64,000 nt of DNA from Sedimentisphaeraceae bacterium JB056 (GTDB taxonomy: Bacteria > Planctomycetota > Phycisphaerae > Sedimentisphaerales > Sedimentisphaeraceae): NCBI GenBank assembly GCA_044440125.1, contig JBITAJ010000025.1, positions 30,456 to 94,455 of the forward strand. The letters are read 5' to 3'. Both the position numbers and the translations under genes were made by a program. The notes beneath the pieces were generated by a model, which saw only the letters and a program-made list of their open reading frames with translations, did not search any database and was not told the DNA's origin. This document shows, in pieces, positions 19,978 through 29,300 of this stretch (position 1 is the first letter of the stretch; every line of letters starts with the position of its first letter).

Positions 19978-21531
19978 TTGAAGTACATAAATATTTTTCA
20001 TGCTAATTTGAATTATGCATATCTTACGCCTGATATGTACGAATTTGTGATTCGTACGGCTTATGAGATGACCATTGATACAATGCGTGAGGTTTTCCCT
20101 GATACGCAGTATGTATTTGAGGCTTCGGGTTATACGATTGAGCAGATGGCATTCAAGACGCCTGATGTGCTCGAAAAGCTTAAAGCGGCTATTTCAAGCG
20201 GTCAGTGTGAGTTTATGGGTTCACCATATGCACATCCTATGTTGCCGAACTTTCCTAAAGAGGATGGCGATTGGTCATTGAAGTTCTCAAACGATGTGTA
20301 TGATAGGTATCTTGGTATGCGTCCGAAGAGCTTCTGGAATCCTGAATGCGGCTGGAGAAGCTATGTTCCACAGCAGGTCGTTGATGCTGGTTATGAGAAT
20401 CTTGTAGGCGATTTCGAGGCATACAGTATTGCCAAAAAGCCTGACGGCACTCCGCAACGCCCGGAAATATATGAAGTTGAATACACCGAAGAGAAGAAAT
20501 TCTACAATTTCGGGTCAAGATATGATCTGCCCGGTGATGAAAAAGCATTGCATTTCCCATTTGCAAACACTCAGGGAGTAGAGGGAAAGCTTAAAACATT
20601 CCTTAGAAGTGACAGGGTTTGTCAGTTTGGTGTTCGCTACTTCATGGATATGGAGGGCTACAGTCTTGATGAGTATATGGAGCTTATCAAGAAGTATTCA
20701 CAGCAGAAGGAAGGCGAGCCGGAAGGTGCATTGGTGATATTTGCTGATGATGCCGAGTATATAGGCACTAACGGTTGGTTTAAGCTGAAATTTATGAATC
20801 AGCCGGATAATGTTTTTGAGGCTGTAGAGACAGCACGTCAGAAGCTGATTGATCTGATTACCGAATGTAAGAAACTTGGCGAGTTTACAACATTTAATGA
20901 TGCATGCAGTAATCTGCCGACTATCGATGAAACATTGTATTTTGATGATGATGCGGCATGGCATGGTGCACGTGCTTCTGTTTGGGCTGAAACACCAATG
21001 GCAAGATTGCTCCGACCTTGGCAGGATCTTGTACGTGAGAAACTTCTCGATGCTGCGGATCTCAGCGAGGAAGAAAAAGAGATGGCCTGGTATCATCTGA
21101 CCAACTCATACAATTCAGATGGTCAGTGGCCTCCAACTTTGCCGCAGGCTCCGCATATCATTCATCCATTCAATTACGGTTATTGTTTTGATAATCTGCT
21201 TGCCGCGGAAATGATCGTTGGTGGTGTTGACCGCTCAAAACTTACTACTGACCCGATTGTTACGCTTAAGGAAATCCTGACTATCCAGCAGGATCTGGTG
21301 CTTGCTAAGGCAGAAAAAATAATGGCTGAAGGCGACCCGCAGGAAAAAAGTGATGCAGCTAAGGCAAAGAGTATGGTACTCAAGTCGAGAAACTATGACA
21401 GTATCATTGAAGGTGGTGCGAAGGTGCTTTACGCATCGGAATATACTGTAAGGGCTGAAGCTCTCGCACAAGCCCGACGACTTGTTGGTGGTGTGAAGAT
21501 TGAAGATGTATCGCAAAGCATGAAAAAGTAA
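19978..21531 (+). CDS. GH57-like glycoside hydrolase (TTG start)
   Basis: N-terminal FHANL, EFMGSPYAHPMLP, FWNPE (nucleophile position), ADDAEY (acid/base position), NSDG.W; GAAAGG RBS. Confidence 0.65.
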   Translation: MKYINIFHANLNYAYLTPDMYEFVIRTAYEMTIDTMREVFPDTQYVFEASGYTIEQMAFKTPDVLEKLKAAISSGQCEFMGSPYAHPMLPNFPKEDGDWSLKFSNDVYDRYLGMRPKSFWNPECGWRSYVPQQVVDAGYENLVGDFEAYSIAKKPDGTPQRPEIYEVEYTEEKKFYNFGSRYDLPGDEKALHFPFANTQGVEGKLKTFLRSDRVCQFGVRYFMDMEGYSLDEYMELIKKYSQQKEGEPEGALVIFADDAEYIGTNGWFKLKFMNQPDNVFEAVETARQKLIDLITECKKLGEFTTFNDACSNLPTIDETLYFDDDAAWHGARASVWAETPMARLLRPWQDLVREKLLDAADLSEEEKEMAWYHLTNSYNSDGQWPPTLPQAPHIIHPFNYGYCFDNLLAAEMIVGGVDRSKLTTDPIVTLKEILTIQQDLVLAKAEKIMAEGDPQEKSDAAKAKSMVLKSRNYDSIIEGGAKVLYASEYTVRAEALAQARRLVGGVKIEDVSQSMKK

Positions 21532-21541
21532 TACGAAAAAC

Positions 21542-21580
21542 AAGAGCGGCTTTATCAAAATATGGTAAAGCCGTTTTTTA
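21542..21580 (+). terminator. Intrinsic terminator closing the glycan locus
   Basis: GCGGCTTTATC-loop-GGTAAAGCCGT hairpin followed by T run. Confidence 0.8.
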
Positions 21581-21761
21581 TTACCATTTTTAGTGTTTTT
21601 CAGATTTATATTTGAAAATTTCTTGAAAAGACAACCATACCTGCGGATTAGATGAAAGACTCATTAAATTCTAATAATACTTGTTTATAGTACATGCCTA
21701 TGCGGTCTTATTACAAAATATATTGATAATTTTGGCAAGGCTGTGTATATTAATAAAGATA

Positions 21762-21790
21762 TTGACTCAAATTGTTTAATTCAGTATTAA
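21762..21790 (+). promoter_or_regulatory. Putative sigma70 promoter upstream of the alkaline phosphatase gene
   Basis: TTGACT-17 nt-TATTAA, but in a very AT-rich spacer where chance matches are likely. Confidence 0.35.
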
Positions 21791-21936
21791 ACTTATAGAT
21801 CAAAAAGGTTTGTTTTATAAGTTGAGTTGGTGGATATTGAAATAGTTAGTTCTATGTTAACTGACGTAGATGAATAAAAACAATGTTTTGATTATTTGAA
21901 TGATATTTTAATAAATTATAAATTGGCAGAGTAAAA

Positions 21937-23346
21937 ATGGAAAAAACAAAAAGAATGAACAGGTTAGTTGTATTATTTACTGTCTTTTTCTTTGCAATAC
22001 AAGTTGCCTTTAGTGCCGATAAAGCACCTAAATACATATTCTTGCTTATTGGAGACGGCATGGGAACGAATATGCGTACTGTTGCCGACTCTTATTATCA
22101 AAGCAAACAGCTTTGCTCTGGAGTTAAAAAATCAGAGCTTCAAAAGCTTGAAATTAATGATATGCCCTTTACTGGTAATATGACGACCTTTTCCCTGAAT
22201 TCAGACATCACAGATTCAGCCGCCGCAGTTACAGCGATGTCAACCGGCTATAAGACGAATAATGGGATGATAGGAGTCGTAGGTGGTAGTGATTCAGTTG
22301 AAACAGTGGCTGAATATGCGAAAAAAAATGGCATTAAAGTGGGTATTTTGTCTTCTGTTTGGCTCAATCACGCAACTCCGGCCGGTTTTTATGCACATCA
22401 GGATTCCAGGTATAATTATTATGAGATTGCCGAAGAAATAGCAAGTTCTGGTTTTGATTTTTTTGGAGCCAGCGGTGTTAAAGATCCCGAGAAAGGCGAT
22501 AGGAATATATACCAGCTTGTGAAAGATAGCGGGTATACAATAATTGATTCACCGCGAAGTACATCTGAAATCCAGGATATAGACGGTAAACTTTGGCTTT
22601 TTGATAAGAATTATCCTAATCTGCCGTATGAAATTGATGGCGAAGATTCGGTTACTTTGGCTAATTACACTGACACATGCATAGAGCGGCTCTATAATTC
22701 AATCGGTTTTTTCATAATGGTTGAAGGTGGAAAAATTGATTGGGTTTGTCATTCAAACGATCTTGCTTCCGCTATAAAAGAAACATTGGCTTTTAATGAA
22801 GCTTATAAGGTTGCATATGAGTTTTATAAGGAGCATAGCGAAGATACATTGATAATTGTTGTCGCAGATCATGAGACCGGAGGCCTGAACTTAGAGAACA
22901 GTAAGATTGATATAAATAATTTTGCTTCATTAATTGATGGACAGTCAGGCTCTGATGTGAAGTTTCAGGAGTTGCTGAAACAGCTTGAGAATGACAAGAT
23001 TGACAATGAGGCAGCTTTTGAAAAAATGAGAGATTTTTTTGGATTGGAGAAAATCACAGAATCTGAAAGAAAAACAATTGAGCAGGCGTATATGAAGGGC
23101 GGAACACAGAGCGAAGATTTCTCATACGGCAACAATCACAGCATAACGATAGCTTGGACCCAATTGCTTGCAAAGCGAGCAGGTATCCAATGGGATACTA
23201 TGTCTCATACATCGACAACGGTTCAGATTACGGCTATAGGCGTAGGTGCAGAATATTTTGCAGGCAATATTGATAATACCTGCTTAGCAAGATACATCAA
23301 GGATTTTATAGAACAGTCACGATCTGAACTTGAATCGCAAGATTAG
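21937..23346 (+). CDS. phoA: Alkaline phosphatase (PhoA family), secreted
   Basis: Signal peptide; IGDGMG, TDSAAA (Ser nucleophile), HATPA, VEGGKID...H.ND, ADHETGG. Confidence 0.9.
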   Translation: MEKTKRMNRLVVLFTVFFFAIQVAFSADKAPKYIFLLIGDGMGTNMRTVADSYYQSKQLCSGVKKSELQKLEINDMPFTGNMTTFSLNSDITDSAAAVTAMSTGYKTNNGMIGVVGGSDSVETVAEYAKKNGIKVGILSSVWLNHATPAGFYAHQDSRYNYYEIAEEIASSGFDFFGASGVKDPEKGDRNIYQLVKDSGYTIIDSPRSTSEIQDIDGKLWLFDKNYPNLPYEIDGEDSVTLANYTDTCIERLYNSIGFFIMVEGGKIDWVCHSNDLASAIKETLAFNEAYKVAYEFYKEHSEDTLIIVVADHETGGLNLENSKIDINNFASLIDGQSGSDVKFQELLKQLENDKIDNEAAFEKMRDFFGLEKITESERKTIEQAYMKGGTQSEDFSYGNNHSITIAWTQLLAKRAGIQWDTMSHTSTTVQITAIGVGAEYFAGNIDNTCLARYIKDFIEQSRSELESQD

Positions 23347-23383
23347 AGCAGTTTTACTTCTCTTTATTGCCCATTTATAAATT

Positions 23384-26300
23384 TTAAGGGTTCAATCCCA
23401 CCTCTACAACTGCGTAATGTTCGTTGCCATCATCAAATAGATGTATTTTGTTGTCATGTTGTTTATTATTATCAACCATTACGCTTCGTGTGTTCCAGGT
23501 GTCGCTTCCGGTCTGAATGATTCGTATATGGAAGAACGTGTTTCGATAGCAATAATGCAGAGTATATTCGTTCCATTGTTCAGGGATCAGTGGTGAAAAA
23601 GACAATGTGTTTGCTTCGACTTTAAGTCCCAGCAAGTGTTCAACTGTGAACTGATACATCCATCCTGCTGATCCTGTGTACCATGTCCAGCCTCCTCTTC
23701 CTTCATGTCCTGGTGTTGAATAAATGTCTGCCGGCATTACATACGGCTCTACTTTATAGACAGATGCTGTTTCTGCTGAAGCCGATCGTTTTATAGGATT
23801 AAGCATTGTGAATAATTCCCAGGCTTGTTCGATTTTACGGCTGCGGGCAACAGCGATGGCCGCCCATATTGCCGCATGTGTGTATTGCCCTCCATTTTCA
23901 CGAACACCCGGTATATACGCCCGAATATAGCCAGGATCCATTTCTGTACCATCAAAAGGCGGGTCTAAAAGATGGATTGTTCTGGTTTTAGGATCTATTA
24001 ATCGTTTTAACGCTGACTCTAATGCCTGTTTGGATCTGGCTGGATCAGTAGCCCCAGTGAGTATAGACCAGGTTTGCGGAAGCAGATCGATACTGCACTG
24101 GCTGTTGACTGAAGAGCCAAGAGGGCTCCCATCATCAAAGAAGGCACGTAAGTACCACTCTCCATCCCATGCGTTCTGATCTATATTCTGCTGCAGTTTC
24201 GCAGCCTCATCTTGACACTTCTTTACAAGATCATTATCTTCTCGCAGCTTGGCGATATCCGTGAATGAATGCAGAATGTCGTAAATGAAAAATCCCAGCC
24301 AAACACTTTCTCCCTTTCCCTCGCAGCCTACACGGTTCATGCCGTCATTCCAGTCGCCTGCACCAATGAGAGGTAAACCATGAGCACCATAATTTATTGC
24401 ATGATTTATCGCACAAACACAGTGTTCATAAATTGAGCCAGATTTCTCTGAAACTTGCGGCATCCCATAATGGCTTTCCTCTCCAGGCTCGAGTTGAGCG
24501 GCTTCGAGGAATGATACCTGTTCATCAAGTATGCCTGTATCTCCGGTTGCTTTAATATAACGGCAAGTTACATAGACAAGCCAGAGATAATCATCTGAAA
24601 TTTGTGTTCGAACGCCGCGTCCCGTTGGCGGATGCCACCAGTGCTGCACATCTCCCTCGATAAACTGTCTGCTTGCGCACAATAGTATCTGATCTCTGGT
24701 AATCCAGGGACACTCATACAAGAAAGCGAGAGAATCTTGCAGTTGATCGCGGAACCCAAAGGCGCCACCGGACTGATAAAAACCGCTGCGTCCCCAAACA
24801 CGGCAGCCTAAGGTTTGATACAGCAGCCAGTGGTTGACAAGCAGATCTACAGAAAGATCAGGCGTCTCTACATAAACTCTGCCTAAATCTCGTTTCCACT
24901 TATCCCAAACCTCTTCAAGAATATGCCTTGCTCCGTCAACGCCGCTGCTTTGTGCCAGAATTGATCTTGCATGCTGTTCGTTGTCTGCACCTCCAAGCAT
25001 GAATACTAATTGTACTTGTTCTCCTGGGGGTATTTCTACGAATGTCTGTATCGCAGCGCATGGGTCTGTCCCGGCACCGACCTGATTTGACAGATTCACT
25101 CGTCTCATTGCTTCGGGCGAGCTTAGTGAACCGTTACGTCCAATGAATTCTGTCCTTGAGGTTGTTAGGGTTCGAAGCATATGACTGCAATTGAAGAATC
25201 CGACGCATGTGTTAAAGTCGGCTTTATAGGTGTTGCATGCAAAAATAGCACCGGTTTGTGCATCAAGTCGAGTTACTACATTCATTGAGTTTCTTGCCCG
25301 GCTTTCTCCAAGTACCCATTCTACAAAACCGGTCAAACTCAACTTTCGCTTACGGTTTGAAAGATTGCGAAGCGTTATGTTTGTAAGTTTTATAGGCAAC
25401 TGTGCGGCCGTGTAAGTGAACGTTTCAGAAAAGATATCATCTTCTGTATGCTCAAAAGCGGAATATCCTAATCCATGTCGCGATACATAAGAACCTTGGT
25501 TGTTTACTGGCCAGGGCATTGGCGACCAGAATCTTCCGGTTTCCTCATCACGTATGTAAAAGGCTTCACCGCTAATATCACTTACGGCATCATTGTACCA
25601 AGGTGTCAGTCGGAATTCGTGTGCATTTTTGAACCATGTGTAAGCACTGCCGGATTCACTGACTACAGAACCGAAATTAGGATTGGCCAAAACATTAACC
25701 CATGGAGCAGGAGTTACAACTCCTGGTTTAATCATTGTTACGTATTCCCTGCCGTCAGGAGTAAAGCCGCCCCAACTATTAAAGTAGGCAAGCTCTCGTT
25801 CAGGAAGTTGTTTTTCCTGAGGTGTCATTTCCTCGGCGTTGCGTGACGGTTTGAAAATAGGTTGGTCAGGTTGCGGCAGAGTATAGCGGTCAAGATGCTC
25901 GGATAATGTTCCAACTCGGTCGCTGAGAACTATTCTGCTTACGGCTTTAAGCAGCATCCGATCATCTTCGGTTACTTGATCCATATTCCTTACAAATATG
26001 CCTGCCGGTTGATTTAGGGCTTTAGCTTCAAGATTTACATTTATCAAACCGATAATTGCATCCATGAGCGTTTGCCTGTATCCTGAATATGCTTCACATA
26101 GAATGACCAAATCTGTTTTTAATCCCTTGCATCGCCAATACGCATGGGCTTTAATGACCTGAAGTACAAGATCGAGACCTGAAAGATCTGAAACTCTAAG
26201 TAATACGATAGGCAGATCGCCCGATATACCGTATGCCCAGAGGTCTGATTGTCCCTTCCTGTTGCGGGCTATCAAGCTGGCGCGTGCACGTAAATGAGGG

Positions 26301-29300
26301 TTTGCATATATCAAAAGCCCTGCGAGCTGACTGAATAGCTGACTGTCGGCTTCTTTAATCTGTAGCTGATGCAGCATTACCTGACTGTTTGTCCATGCAA
26401 GCTCAAACACGCGGTCGGCAAGATGACGGTCATAATATTTGTCAATAAGAGATAACGCTTTTGTGCTGTTTTGTTCAAGACCCCAGATGGCATCCAGTGT
26501 TATTGATTGACCAGGTCCTAAGTGTATTTTATGGCGAACGGACATAACAGGATCCAATACCGCTCCGCAAGTATCTGAGAGCTTTCCTGATTTCTTCATT
26601 GCGGCAGGATATTCGTTGGTCTGGCAGCGTCCGATAAAACGACAGCGGTCTGTCTCGAATGAAACCTTTTTAGATTCACCATCATGAACTGTCATGCCGT
26701 GGAAAAATACCGGCCATTTTTCATCCGGTGATTTGGGCCTGCGAAAACTTAGAACGGCATCCTTGTCACGAATTAACTCTGTCTGGACAAATAATCCCTG
26801 GAATGCGGGCTGTTCGCCGGCATCGATACCATCAAGAAGGACAACTTCGCTAAAGCTCGTTATCTCGAGATTTCGGCTGTGTCCGGCAAGATTTGTGATA
26901 GATAATCTTCGTAGCTCTACATCGTCCTCAGGAGAGACTGCTACTCGAGTTTGAGCCTTGACTTTGTTTTTGATCAGTTGGAATTCGGCCGCTCCCTGTG
27001 AGAAGGTTACATCATAGCGGTCTGGTTCTTTGCCGCAAGGCTGAGCCGTTGCAGACCAGTATTCTCCGGTATCAACATCTCTGATATATAGAAATGTCCC
27101 CCAATTGTCCTTTGTCGCATCTTCCTGCCAGCGTGTTAAAGACAGGTTTTCCCATCTGCTTGAACCGCTGCCGGCAGAAGTTATCAATACGTGGTATCGG
27201 CCATTGGAAAGCAGATGAACATCGGGTACGGGCATATCGGCTCGTGTAAATGTTCGTAGAGCGGCTACTGGAGGTTCTGCCTGGCCGTTTTTCTCATGCT
27301 TTTCTGACGCAACTCCAACTCTTGAGTGAACTTCAACGACAGGTACGCGTTCTTGCAGAAGCAGCAGTGAAGCATTAATTCGTGGATCGCTCTGGAACCG
27401 TTTCTGCATAAGCCCGCCCATCAGGGCATTATTGAGTGCAAGGAAGCTCATTCCGCTATGGTGCGACATGTAAGAGCGTACGACAGCAAAACTTTTTTCG
27501 TGCGGCACTCTGTTACGAGTATAATCTATAGCTTCATAGAAACCATATCGTCCTTGAAATCCCAGTTCATCCATCTTTTGCAGGTTTCGGCAAGCATGTA
27601 CAGGTTTGACCATCATTGCCAGAGCTGTTGCGTAGGGTGCTATTACAAGGTCGTCTTTCAGGCCGCGTTTGAGCCCCATTCCAACAACGCCGAAACCTCT
27701 GTATTGATATACTTTGTTAATGTCAATCTGGTTGAAACACGACTCAGATATTCCCCATGGGACTGAGTATCGCAAACCATGGTTAATTTGACATTGCACC
27801 GCCTGATTGTAAGATTCATGGAGCAGTGTTGCTTCGTAAGAGGGCATGAAGAGTAGCGGCATTAGGTATTCAAACATTGAGCCGCTCCATGATATCAGAA
27901 CTTTGTTCTTGCCTATTGGAACTAATTGGCGTCCAAGGCAGAACCAGTGATCTATCGGAAGTTGTCCAAGAACAACACCGAGGAAACTGCATAGTCTGGC
28001 CTCTGAAGCCAGCAGGTCATAATATCCCGGATCGCGTTGATTGGTTTCGAGATTGTATCCGATTGACAGTAATCGGTGGGAAGGATCATACAAAAAGCTT
28101 ACATCCGTTTCTGATAGTTCTCGGCAGCGATACTGCAAGTCTTCCAAAACCTTAATACGCTCTGTTGCGCGTTTACAAGCTAATTCTTCGCTATTAACGT
28201 TTGTTGATGAATCGCTTTTCAGATTAGCTAAAGTAAATAAGGTTGGTATCTCATTTTCAAAACGTTTGTTCTTTGGGTTAGTTTGAGTACTGTCTTCCAA
28301 TTCAAGCCATGGTGCCATGTAAACAATATCATTTTGTATGTCTCTGCATTGGTTTCGAAGTGTTCGTATCCAGAAGTGTGATTCACTGTTTTGAGGCACA
28401 AGAGACTCGAATTCTGTTACTATCAGTCCGAGGGATGATAGGCCGCTGTTTATCTCGGAAAGCGCAAATAGGGATTGCAGTGATTTGATCTGTAATGATA
28501 TTTCTTTTTGAATACGATTAATTTCAGAGTTGCCAAGCCGACTGCGTTTGTTTTTAAGTTCTGCCTGCAATTCATCGAAAAGTATTTGAGTTGTATCATT
28601 AAGCCCTTCCAGCCATTTTTCAGATAGAATTGGTTTGTTGATTAGTTCTTCAAGGCCGCCGCGTAATGCTATCAGTGAGCCGGTCAGATTGCCGCTGTCG
28701 GCAGTTGATATGTATCTTGGGTGAAATGCATGGAGTGTCCTTGTGTCGTACCAGTTATAGAAATGACCGTGGTATCTTGGCAACTCTTCCAGAGTCTTGA
28801 ATGTATTTGATACATTTTCAATTAATTTTCTTTCTGAAATATAACCAAAATCACATGCAGCAAGATTACTGGCAAGAGCCATTCCTATATTGGTAGGTGA
28901 AGTGCGATGGGCCTGACCTATGGAATGCTCTTCCTGGAAGTTGTCCGGCGGCAGCCAATTATTTTCCTCATTGACAAACTCGTCAAAGAATGACCATGTA
29001 CGCCTTGCTGTTTTTCGAAGAAATAGCTTTTGCTTTTTAGTCATTTCCTGTTCTACTGGTGTGGTAGGACGGCTGAGTCGCCAAAATATTAATGGTGATA
29101 AAAACCATTCGACAAGTAGTACTGCTTCAATAACCAGGCCATCAATTCCACCTGGATATTGATGTATGTTGAATTGATTAGACAACTCGGCCAGGGCCGG
29201 AGTCTTTATCAAAGCAATAGTGAAAGCTATGATTGCAGCGGCAAAAGGGGCAATCCACATGGCTCTGCATATTCCAGTCAGAGTGTTGTCTGCCTTCTGT

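Noticed and set aside
21600..21936. Possible Pho box upstream of phoA
   Set aside because: No convincing CTGTCAT-like direct repeats at 11-bp spacing
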